Part shown: piece after piece, positions 8,761 to 17,074 of the stretch | Position numbering within the stretch: the stretch's first letter is position 1 | Layout: the number at the start of each line of letters is the position of its first letter | From: Candidatus Nomurabacteria bacterium | GTDB lineage: Bacteria; Patescibacteriota; Minisyncoccia; Phycocordibacterales; UBA9973 | Assembly: GCA_943354905.1 (NCBI GenBank) | Contig: CALRDL010000001.1 | Location: forward strand, 29,520-93,519 | Length of the DNA stretch: 64,000 bases | Direction: 5' to 3' | Notes under the pieces: model-generated | The model's input: the letters and a program-made list of their open reading frames with translations, nothing else | The model's database searches: none | Told to the model about the DNA's origin: nothing | Translations under genes and position numbers: made by a program

Positions 8761-9297
8761 TTAGATCTTTGTTATCTCATAAAAATACCTCCAAGGCTTA
8801 TTTGGTAGAGGATGTTTTGACACTTTTAATGATTCATTTTTTTGCAATGTTTGTAAAAACGGTTCGTATTCTTCATTTATGTTACCTACGCTTTCAATAA
8901 TTAATATTTTCCCATCTATTTTAATAACTCTCAATGCTTCATTCATAAAATCCTGAGTTCTTCCCTCTACCCTATCGGCATTCAAAATATTTGTAAAAGC
9001 TAATTCATCAACTGATCCATCAGGAAAGGGAAGACTTCCTGCATCTGCCCTTATAACTATAGCCTGATAATCCCCCTTCGAACTTTCAATTCCTTTCTTA
9101 ACAGTATAAGTTTTATGCCGCTCCAACTCAACAGCATAGTATTTGTCTCCTGTTTGTGGAAGTTTTCCAGCAGGTGAATTTTCATGAATACTAGGATTCT
9201 CCCCAACACCAATTTCTACAACCACTCTTTTTGGTTGTGTCTCGAGTTTATCTACTGGACCCTGCACTGATATTTTAGTTGGGCCTGATTCGTCCAT
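8761..9297 (-). CDS. Putative class I SAM-dependent methyltransferase
   Basis: VVVEIGVGENP resembles methyltransferase motif I. Length is 178 aa. No stronger signature. Confidence 0.4.
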   Translation of the reverse strand: MDESGPTKISVQGPVDKLETQPKRVVVEIGVGENPSIHENSPAGKLPQTGDKYYAVELERHKTYTVKKGIESSKGDYQAIVIRADAGSLPFPDGSVDELAFTNILNADRVEGRTQDFMNEALRVIKIDGKILIIESVGNINEEYEPFLQTLQKNESLKVSKHPLPNKPWRYFYEITKI

Positions 9298-9333
9298 ACT
9301 TCAATGCTATCATTTTATCCTTCTTGTGTAAAT

Positions 9334-9364
9334 CTAGTGAGGGTCTAAAGCGCTCACTGAAATA
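9334..9364. repeat. REP-like palindrome
   Basis: Sequence ctagtgagggtctaaagcgctcactgaaata. Confidence 0.6.
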
Positions 9365-9367
9365 TCT

Positions 9368-11977
9368 TTATTTCACTTCCCCAAAATTGTCTCCGGAGCC
9401 TGAGTGGACTATGAGCGGGATGTCGGTCTTGTATTCTAAATACGATCTCGAAAGAACCGTTTGCATAGCATTTTTAATTATCTTTTCTGCTTGGTCTAAA
9501 ACTCCTTCTTCGACTTCGTACACGAGTTCATCATGAATCTGCAAAACTAGATGCACTCTATCAAGTAGGCCAGCACTTTTCAAATCTTCATGAGAATATC
9601 TGATGGCTAGTTTAATAATGTCGGCGGTGGCTGTGCCCTGGATGGGTGCATTTGTGGCTGTACGCTCGGCCATGTTTTTCAAAAATGGAATCCTAGAATT
9701 TATATTTGGAAAATATCTCCGCCGTCCAAACAAAGTTTCCGTAAAACCATTTTTAGTGACATCAACTTTTACTTTTTCTAAATAATCTCGCACCCCAGAG
9801 AATTGATTGAAATAATTATCATAAAACTTTTGGGCTTCTTCTCTAGTTCCACCCAAATTTTTCCGCAGAGAGGAAACTCCCATACCATAAATAATTCCGA
9901 AGTTTATTACCTTAGCCTTGCGACGCATTTCGTGGTCAACTTTGTCGATAGGCACTCCAAAAACAAAAGACGCCACTCCAGAATGAATATCTTTCCCCTC
10001 TTTGAAAATCTCAGTCATTTTTTTATCTCCAGAAAGCATCGCTGCGACACGCAACTCTATCTGACTATAATCAAAAGTACAAAGCTTGTAACCCTTTTGG
10101 GCTATAAAACCTGCTCGAATCCTCTTGCCGAGCTCGGATTTTATTGGAAGATTTTGTAAGTTTGGATCGATAGAAGAAAACCTACCGGTGGTAGTAGCAT
10201 TTTGTAAAAATTTAGAATGAAGTCTATTATCTACTCCGACCATTTTTGGAATCACATCGATATATGTCGAAAGCAATTTTTGAAGTTCTCGATAAGAAAG
10301 TATTTCTGTAATAATCGGATTTTCTTCTTCAAGTTCTTCAAGAACTGAAACTTTAGTAGATAAATTTCCACTGGCTCCTTTTTTCTTGGACTTCATCCCC
10401 ATCTTCTCAAAGAGAACAACGCCTAATTGCTTCGGGGAATTAATGTTAAATTCCGTACCAGCCATTTCATATATTTTTTTGGTTAAAATATCTAGTTCAA
10501 TATGATATTCTTTTGAGAGTTTTTCAAAATATTTTTGATCGAGCATTATGCCGTGATCTTCCATCTCTTTGACTATAGGAATTATTGGATGCTCGATCTC
10601 TTCATAAACTTTTTCAAGTTTTTTTTCACTCAATTTCTTAAAAACATATTCGCGAGCTTTTTCGAAATCACTTGTATTGGCCTGCCCGACTGAATAGTCG
10701 TTCGGGCGGGAGAAATTTAAAATATCCTCCAAGCTTGGATTGGAGATATCAGAGTTCACTAGCCAGAGAGCTATGCTGGTTTCTTGAAGCTTAAGAGGAT
10801 CCGCAGGAAGACGCTCGGGAATAGCAGAATACGAATTTAGCAGAATTTTCTCGGGTCCTCGGGTCGCCCCTAGGATTCTCCGTCGGGGCTCAACCAGACC
10901 AGCTCGAAAATTCTCTAAATTCGTATTCTGCTGACTTGAAAAAAAACTTTTCAATCTTGAAAACAAAGACCTAAATTCAAAGAAATTAAATATTTGTTCA
11001 ATTTTTTTAAAATCTGCATTTTCCCAAAAAGTTTTTTCTGGAATTTTAAAATTGATCGGTGCATCTCTGCGTATTGTCGCTAAAGTTTTCGAAAAAAGTG
11101 CTTCTTCTTCGTTGTTTTTTAAAAGCTCAATCATCCGTGGACTAATACCCGCTTTTAAAAAATCTTCATCCCCGCCCGAACGACCGTCCGGTCGGGCGGG
11201 TTTTTTTAATTTTTTATAAATATCTTCGATGGTTCCAAATTTACTGATTAAAATTTCTGCAGTTTTTTCGCCTATGCCTTTGATGCCGATGATATTGTCT
11301 GACGGATCTCCGCGAAGTCCCTTGTAGTCTGGCAAAAAAACCGGTTTAAAATTAAAACGTTCTACGACTTTTTCTTCATCATACAAAATAGTGTCGTTAA
11401 TACCTTTTTTAAGAGTGTAGACTTGAACCTTTTTATCATCGATGAGTTGCATCGTATCCATATCTCCGGAAGCAATGATGATATTTATACCCCCTCCGCC
11501 CTTCGTCAAGCTCAGGGTACCTCCCCTATTTTTGGAGGGGACATAGGGGGAGGTCAAGTGGGGGCGCAATTGCGCCACTATAGTACCAAGCACATCATCC
11601 GCCTCGAAACCCGGTGCATCATAAATCGGAATATTAAAAGCTTCGAAGATTTGGCGAGAATTTTTTAGTTGCGTTATGAGAGCTTCATCGGTCTTGGCTC
11701 TCCCTTTTTTATATCCATCATAAGCCTCATGCCGAAAAGTTTTTTGTGGTAGATCATAACAAGCCACGATATAGTCTGGCTTCAAATCTACAATGATCTT
11801 CATCAACATTGTAGACAACCCATACAAAGCCCCAGTCGGCTCACCTTTAGAAGATAGAAAGTCGGGAAGGGCATGATAGGCTCGATGAATTATCGCGTGC
11901 GAATCCAAAAGGACTAAAGTTTTGGGCTGTTTACTATTTTGCTCATTTTCTTTAATTTCTTTAGTTTCTTTGGACAT
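9368..11977 (-). CDS. polA: DNA polymerase I (5'-3' exonuclease plus polymerase domains)
   Basis: 869 aa. The N-terminus LVLLDSHAIIHRAYHAL and the C-terminus ...RVHLVLQIHDELVYEV with YGMG and IIKLAI motifs fit PolA. It hosts three in-frame palindromic inserts. Confidence 0.9.
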   Translation of the reverse strand: MSKETKEIKENEQNSKQPKTLVLLDSHAIIHRAYHALPDFLSSKGEPTGALYGLSTMLMKIIVDLKPDYIVACYDLPQKTFRHEAYDGYKKGRAKTDEALITQLKNSRQIFEAFNIPIYDAPGFEADDVLGTIVAQLRPHLTSPYVPSKNRGGTLSLTKGGGGINIIIASGDMDTMQLIDDKKVQVYTLKKGINDTILYDEEKVVERFNFKPVFLPDYKGLRGDPSDNIIGIKGIGEKTAEILISKFGTIEDIYKKLKKPARPDGRSGGDEDFLKAGISPRMIELLKNNEEEALFSKTLATIRRDAPINFKIPEKTFWENADFKKIEQIFNFFEFRSLFSRLKSFFSSQQNTNLENFRAGLVEPRRRILGATRGPEKILLNSYSAIPERLPADPLKLQETSIALWLVNSDISNPSLEDILNFSRPNDYSVGQANTSDFEKAREYVFKKLSEKKLEKVYEEIEHPIIPIVKEMEDHGIMLDQKYFEKLSKEYHIELDILTKKIYEMAGTEFNINSPKQLGVVLFEKMGMKSKKKGASGNLSTKVSVLEELEEENPIITEILSYRELQKLLSTYIDVIPKMVGVDNRLHSKFLQNATTTGRFSSIDPNLQNLPIKSELGKRIRAGFIAQKGYKLCTFDYSQIELRVAAMLSGDKKMTEIFKEGKDIHSGVASFVFGVPIDKVDHEMRRKAKVINFGIIYGMGVSSLRKNLGGTREEAQKFYDNYFNQFSGVRDYLEKVKVDVTKNGFTETLFGRRRYFPNINSRIPFLKNMAERTATNAPIQGTATADIIKLAIRYSHEDLKSAGLLDRVHLVLQIHDELVYEVEEGVLDQAEKIIKNAMQTVLSRSYLEYKTDIPLIVHSGSGDNFGEVK
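10681..10710. repeat. Family A palindromic element, in frame in polA
   Basis: Sequence cctgcccgactgaatagtcgttcgggcggg. Confidence 0.6.
11171..11200. repeat. Family A palindromic element, in frame in polA
   Basis: Sequence cccgcccgaacgaccgtccggtcgggcggg, translated as KKPARPDGRSGGDE. Confidence 0.65.
11491..11577. repeat. Family B compound palindromic element, in frame in polA
   Basis: Sequence ccccctccgcccttcgtcaagctcagggtacctcccctatttttggaggggacatagggggaggtcaagtgggggcgcaattgcgcc, translated as ...PYVPSKNRGGTLSLTKGGGG... Confidence 0.65.
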
Positions 11978-12014
11978 TATGTAAATTATAGCACTTACGT
12001 TATAATTACCTCTA

Positions 12015-13712
12015 ATGTCTACATTTGACGAGGAAAAACAAAATAAACAACTTGATGATATTCATCGACAACAAGAAGAAGAACTCATATTGAGTCTAGC
12101 CGAGTCTAAATACCACATACCTTATGCTGACTTATATCATTTAGAAATAGACAACGAATCTCTGCGAATGGTTTCTGAAAAAGAAGCTTTAGAAATGAAA
12201 ATCGCTCCATTTAAACTTTTTGGAAAGAATATTTTCATTGCTCTGCGTACTCCGACTCCCGAGATAATGGAAAATTTGAAAGAAAAAATGCTCCGATACA
12301 ATCTAGAACCTGTTTTTTATATGGCATCAGAAGCAAGTTTAAAAAAAGTCTGGAGTAGATATCAAGAAATTTCAATGTCTCAAAATGTACAAGTCGGTGG
12401 TATAGAAATCTCTGGCGAAGTTTTAACTGAAACCAAGAAAAAAGTAAATCACATAGAAGACATAGAAAAATTGGTAACCGAAGTTTTAGAAGGAAACAAG
12501 ACTCACAAGATATCTCACCTACTCGAGATCATCTTAGCTGGAGCGATAGCCATCAAAGCTTCCGATATACACATCGAACCAGAAAAAGATCGGAGCAAAC
12601 TTCGTCTCCGACTCGATGGAATTCTGCAAGATATAAATTTCTTTGGACTCGATATATACCGACTTTTAAATTCCCGAATCAAGCTCCTCTCTGGCATGAA
12701 ACTAACCTCCAAAATAGCTCAGGACGGACGATTCAGTATCATGGAAAGTGACTCAGAGATAAATATCCGTACTTCGCTCATCCCTGGATCATATGGCGAG
12801 TCTATTGTCATGCGTATTCTCGATCCAAAATCCATCCGAGTGGGATTTGAAAAGTTGGGAATCGAACCATACCTCTTGAGTATAGTCGAAGAAGCCATCA
12901 AGAAACCAAACGGACTCATCTTGATCACAGGACCGACAGGTTCGGGCAAGACGACGACTCTGTATGCATTTTTGCAAAAAATATATTCAGATGAAATAAA
13001 AATAATTACTATCGAAGACCCTGTCGAATACCATCTAATAGGAGTAACTCAAACTCAGGTGAATATAAAGAGAGGTTATACTTTTGTAGAAGGACTGCGT
13101 TCTGCTTTGCGCCAAGATCCAGACGTGATCATGGTCGGAGAAATTCGTGATGACGACACCGCAGGTACTGCTGTCCAATCCTCCCTCACAGGACATATGG
13201 TTTTCTCTACTTTACATACCAATAATGCGGCTGGAGTCATTCCTCGTCTAATAGATCTTAAAGTCAATCCAAAGATTCTCGTGTCAGCTTTGTCACTCTC
13301 TATCGCTCAACGTCTAGTGCGAATCTTGTGCGACAACTGCAAAATAAAAAAGGAACTTTCAGAAACAGAAAATAAAATAGTGCAATCCATAATAGATGGA
13401 ATGAAATTAGAGGGGAAAGATTTAGCAAAATATAACATCAGTATTGATGTCCCTTTCAAATTCTTCTCCCCTGTTGGTTGTAATAGTTGCAACAAGACTG
13501 GCTTCAAGGGGCGAATCGGAATTTTTGAAGCCATCAAAACAGATGAGTTTATTGAAAAAATTATTTTAGAAAACCCAAGCGAAAGAGAAATAAAAAAAGT
13601 AGCCAAAAATCAAGGCACCCTCTCTATGCGTCAAGACGGACTAGTCAAAATGTTTCAGGGGGTTACTTCTTACGAAGAAGTCTTGAGCGTGGTGGATTTG
13701 ACGGAAGAATAA
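12015..13712 (+). CDS. pilB: Type IV pilus / type II secretion assembly ATPase (PilB/GspE family)
   Basis: Walker A LITGPTGSGKTTTLYAFL, Asp box, His box FSTLHTNNAAG and a tetracysteine motif CDNCK...CNSCNKTG. Confidence 0.85.
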   Translation: MSTFDEEKQNKQLDDIHRQQEEELILSLAESKYHIPYADLYHLEIDNESLRMVSEKEALEMKIAPFKLFGKNIFIALRTPTPEIMENLKEKMLRYNLEPVFYMASEASLKKVWSRYQEISMSQNVQVGGIEISGEVLTETKKKVNHIEDIEKLVTEVLEGNKTHKISHLLEIILAGAIAIKASDIHIEPEKDRSKLRLRLDGILQDINFFGLDIYRLLNSRIKLLSGMKLTSKIAQDGRFSIMESDSEINIRTSLIPGSYGESIVMRILDPKSIRVGFEKLGIEPYLLSIVEEAIKKPNGLILITGPTGSGKTTTLYAFLQKIYSDEIKIITIEDPVEYHLIGVTQTQVNIKRGYTFVEGLRSALRQDPDVIMVGEIRDDDTAGTAVQSSLTGHMVFSTLHTNNAAGVIPRLIDLKVNPKILVSALSLSIAQRLVRILCDNCKIKKELSETENKIVQSIIDGMKLEGKDLAKYNISIDVPFKFFSPVGCNSCNKTGFKGRIGIFEAIKTDEFIEKIILENPSEREIKKVAKNQGTLSMRQDGLVKMFQGVTSYEEVLSVVDLTEE

Positions 13713-13744
13713 ATAAGTTTGTGAGGTCTTTCCTCATAAACAAA

Positions 13745-13905
13745 AAAACACTAATCTCTAAACAATCCTTTCAGGGCTGGGCCCCAAGAGTAACAAATTA
13801 TTATAGGATAGATCCAGTGAACTAATAAAAGTACCAGAACGTCCTACGCAAACCCGTATAACCGGTGGCTGATTGCTTAGAGATTAGTATTTTCTTTTAA
13901 CCTTT
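13745..13905. ncRNA. Candidate structured RNA, unassigned. An 18-bp closing stem (cactaatctctaaacaatc / gattgcttagagattagt) encloses ~120 nt.
   Basis: Long-range complementarity seen directly. Lies between the pilB terminator hairpin and the ruvB promoter. Identity (6S-like or other) not established. Confidence 0.25.
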
Positions 13906-14040
13906 TCTCTAAAAAAACTAAATACATTTTACTACATACAAAATAGTGTAAATGCTATACTGTGGATAGTAATGTTTATAGTGTGTTGATAGGATGTGTA
14001 TAACCTATCACATATACGAATATAGCATAATTTAATCACA

Positions 14041-15060
14041 ATGTCAAGTACTAAACCAAAGGAAACAAACAAAAAGACAGACGAAAGTCATTTAGACCAA
14101 ACTCTCCGTCCGAGAGCTTGGGATGAATATATTGGTCAAAAACACATCAAAGACAATCTAAAAATCCTTCTCGAAGCGGCTGAGGGTCGTGGACACATTC
14201 CTGAACATATTTTATTCTATGGACCTCCAGGTCTCGGCAAGACTACCTTGGCACACTTGATAGCCAAGGAAACCGGACGACAAATGAAAATCACTTCTGG
14301 TCCGGCTATTGAAAAAATCGGTGACCTGGCTTCGATACTGACCAACCTTTCTGTCGGAGATATTCTCTTCATCGACGAGATTCATAGATTAAATAAAATG
14401 GTGGAAGAGATTCTCTATCCAGCTATGGAGTCTGGAGTGCTCGACATCATCATAGGCAAAGGTCCTTCGGCACGGACAATCCAGCTTGACCTACCACCAT
14501 TTACACTGATCGCCGCGACGACGCGTGTAGCCATGGTATCTTCTCCCCTTCGTTCTCGTTTTTCGGGTGGAGTTTTTCGACTGGAGTTTTATTCCAACGA
14601 AGAGATTGCTCGCATAGTAGATAGATCTAGTAAACTTTTGGAAATAAGTTTTGAAAAAGATGCCCTAGAAGAAATAGCCAAGAGAAGCCGATTTACTCCG
14701 CGCACGGCAAATTATTTTTTAAAAAGAGTACGAGACTTTGCGCAAGTAAACCAAAAATCTAGCGTTAGGCAAGACCTAACGCAAAAGACAGTCAAAGATG
14801 CGCTAAATATGCTAGCCATAGATGAGATAGGACTGAATTCTTCAGATCGAAAATTTTTAGAAATACTTATTGAAAAATTTAATGGTGGACCAGTCGGACT
14901 CAAGACCATCGGCGCAGCTATGAGTGAAGAAGAAGCTACAGTGGAAGAAGTCATCGAGCCGTACCTGATCCAGCTCGGACTCCTCGAACGCACCGCTCGT
15001 GGACGGGTAGCAACAAAAAAAGCATATGAGCATCTGGGTTTTAATTTCCCCTCTCCTTAA
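14041..15060 (+). CDS. ruvB: Holliday junction branch migration ATPase RuvB
   Basis: GPPGLGKTTLAHLIA Walker A, sensor motifs, 339 aa. Confidence 0.95.
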   Translation: MSSTKPKETNKKTDESHLDQTLRPRAWDEYIGQKHIKDNLKILLEAAEGRGHIPEHILFYGPPGLGKTTLAHLIAKETGRQMKITSGPAIEKIGDLASILTNLSVGDILFIDEIHRLNKMVEEILYPAMESGVLDIIIGKGPSARTIQLDLPPFTLIAATTRVAMVSSPLRSRFSGGVFRLEFYSNEEIARIVDRSSKLLEISFEKDALEEIAKRSRFTPRTANYFLKRVRDFAQVNQKSSVRQDLTQKTVKDALNMLAIDEIGLNSSDRKFLEILIEKFNGGPVGLKTIGAAMSEEEATVEEVIEPYLIQLGLLERTARGRVATKKAYEHLGFNFPSP

Positions 15061-15075
15061 ACCCAATAATAATGG

Positions 15076-15108
15076 GAGACCTGCCTGCGCAGGCAGGTCT
15101 GGAGGTGT
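15076..15108 (+). terminator. GC-rich hairpin after ruvB
   Basis: gacctgcctgcgcaggcaggtc, a perfect 9-bp stem. Confidence 0.5.
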
Positions 15109-15136
15109 TGTGTTCTAAACATGCTAAAATAAAATT

Positions 15137-15652
15137 ATGCGAATTTTGGGAATCGATCCGGGTTTTGAACGACTTGGGATTGCTATATTAGAAAAGCCTA
15201 GCATAGGAGTTTCCTATGACTCCATAGGAAACTCCTATGCGAAACATAAAGAGAAAGTTATTTTTTCTACTTGCTTCAAAACTTCAGCTAAGTTGGAATT
15301 TTCAGAACGTTTGAAATTGATCGGTGAAGAAGTGAAAAAAGTAATTCAAGAATACAAACCAGATGTACTCTCCATCGAAACTTTATTTTTAAATACAAAT
15401 CAAAAGACAGTGATGCGGGTCGCCGAAGCACGGGGTGTATGTATTTATGAAGCCAAACTTGCAAATTTGCAAATCTTTGAGGCCACCCCACTCCAGATCA
15501 AGGTAGCCATCACTGGCTATGGACGATCTGACAAAAATCAAATAAATAAAATGGTACATATGCTCGTCGATATCGACAAAAAAACAAAATCAGACGACGA
15601 ACTAGATGCTATCGCTATCGCATTAACAGCTTTTGCACACCTAAAGTATTGA
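15137..15652 (+). CDS. ruvC: Crossover junction endodeoxyribonuclease RuvC, with an in-frame palindromic insert
   Basis: MRILGIDPGFERLGIAIL... and DAIAIALT motifs. Confidence 0.85.
   Translation: MRILGIDPGFERLGIAILEKPSIGVSYDSIGNSYAKHKEKVIFSTCFKTSAKLEFSERLKLIGEEVKKVIQEYKPDVLSIETLFLNTNQKTVMRVAEARGVCIYEAKLANLQIFEATPLQIKVAITGYGRSDKNQINKMVHMLVDIDKKTKSDDELDAIAIALTAFAHLKY
15201..15240. repeat. Family C perfect palindrome (CATAGGAGTTTCCTATG-N-CATAGGAAACTCCTATG), in frame in ruvC
   Basis: Sequence gcataggagtttcctatgactccataggaaactcctatgc, translated as SIGVSYDSIGNSYA. Confidence 0.75.
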
Positions 15653-15824
15653 CAAGTATTTTTTATTTTGTTACAAAGTAATAAATTATAAGTAATCAAA
15701 AAAAATTTTATGGATGAAGAAGAAACAAAAGAAGAAGATGCTGATTTAGATATGGGTATTGGTGATGATCCTACTCCTCCGATGGATATACCTAGTGACG
15801 ACGACGAAGACCCAGAAAATAGAT

Positions 15825-17036
15825 TTAGCTAAGAGTTATTTTAATAAACTTTTTCTTACCTATTTTAAGTATTAGATTTTTCTCTATTTTAAAATTCACA
15901 TTTAGAATTTTGACTTTATTTTCTAGATCATGAATAGCATTTTCGAGTACCAGTCTACGCCATTCACTCTTTGAAGAAAGAATTTTATTTTTTACTAAAA
16001 CTTCGCTCAAGAGTTCACCAATTTTTGTTTTGATTTCTTCCATCTCGAGAGGAATTTCTTTTTTTTGGAAAGTGTTTATGAAATTATCTTGCGCTTCTTT
16101 GGCTAAAACTTCATCGTGTAATTGAGTGACTATAATCGAAGCCACCTTTTTCTTTAAACTCATGGCATCTTTTTTAATATTGAAAGTTTCTATCTCGCTC
16201 ATCGGGATATCGGTCAATAATGTAAACATGGGGATGATAGCTTCGTCACCGAGAGACATGATCTTACCAAAAAGATCATCTGGCTCATCAGTGAGTCCAA
16301 TAACATTGCCTTCACTCTTGCCTATCTTTACTCCTTTTGAATCTGAAAGAAGTGGAGTCGTCATGACAAATTTTTCTTTTTGCACCATCTCACGCATAAG
16401 CATTCGTCCAGCGAGCATGTTGAAAGTCTGATCGCTTCCCCCAAGCTCCAAATCGACATCCATAGCCACAGAATCGTAACCTTGAAGAAGCGGATATAAA
16501 AATTCACGTAGGTTTATCGGCTCACCCTTCTTGAGCCGTTCTTGAAACATATCACGTTCGATGAGCTGTTGCACAGTAAAATGCTCAGCAATGTTTAAAA
16601 TTTCAGTTTTGGTAAGTTTGTTCAACCAATCCCCGTTGTGCATGATCTTGATAGCATTCGGACCATCAAAACGCACAACCTTGGAAGCTTGTTCTAAATA
16701 ACCTCGAGCATTTTCTCGCAATTCTGCACTAGTGAAAAATCTTTCGCGAGTTTTCTTTTTACCTGTCGGGTCACCAGCTTCTCCAGTACCATCACCAATC
16801 AAGAAAATAACTTCATGACCCAAGTCCTGCCACTGTCGGTGCTTTTTTAAACCCACCATGTGTCCTATGTGCAGTCTATCTCCAGTCGGATCAAAGCCTT
16901 GATAGAGACGAAGCTTCTTACCAGAACGCAACACTTCTTCGAGTTTTTCTTTGGATGGGTAAATTTTATCTACTCCCCGAGTTAAGAGTTCTTGTATTTT
17001 ATTCTCTAGCTTATCCTCATCTTTGGTAGCTTTCAT
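15825..17036 (-). CDS. tyrS: Tyrosyl-tRNA synthetase
   Basis: GFDPTGDRLHIGHMVG (HIGH motif), a KIGKSEGN KMSKS-like motif, and a C-terminal S4-like domain. Confidence 0.85.
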   Translation of the reverse strand: MKATKDEDKLENKIQELLTRGVDKIYPSKEKLEEVLRSGKKLRLYQGFDPTGDRLHIGHMVGLKKHRQWQDLGHEVIFLIGDGTGEAGDPTGKKKTRERFFTSAELRENARGYLEQASKVVRFDGPNAIKIMHNGDWLNKLTKTEILNIAEHFTVQQLIERDMFQERLKKGEPINLREFLYPLLQGYDSVAMDVDLELGGSDQTFNMLAGRMLMREMVQKEKFVMTTPLLSDSKGVKIGKSEGNVIGLTDEPDDLFGKIMSLGDEAIIPMFTLLTDIPMSEIETFNIKKDAMSLKKKVASIIVTQLHDEVLAKEAQDNFINTFQKKEIPLEMEEIKTKIGELLSEVLVKNKILSSKSEWRRLVLENAIHDLENKVKILNVNFKIEKNLILKIGKKKFIKITLS

Positions 17037-17074
17037 CCTCGAATAATAACATATTTTCTGTTATTATTGTAGTA

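Noticed and set aside
9803-10159. A 118-aa ORF antisense to polA, and similar antisense ORFs inside tyrS, the PBP gene, pcrA and the giant proteins
   Set aside because: They overlap strongly supported genes on the opposite strand and are low-complexity. Treated as noise.
15710-15832. A 40-aa highly acidic ORF (MDEEETKEEDADLDMGIGDDPTPPMDIPSDDDEDPENRFS) between ruvC and tyrS
   Set aside because: Short and low-complexity, with no supporting signal beyond an ATG. Cannot be supported as a gene.
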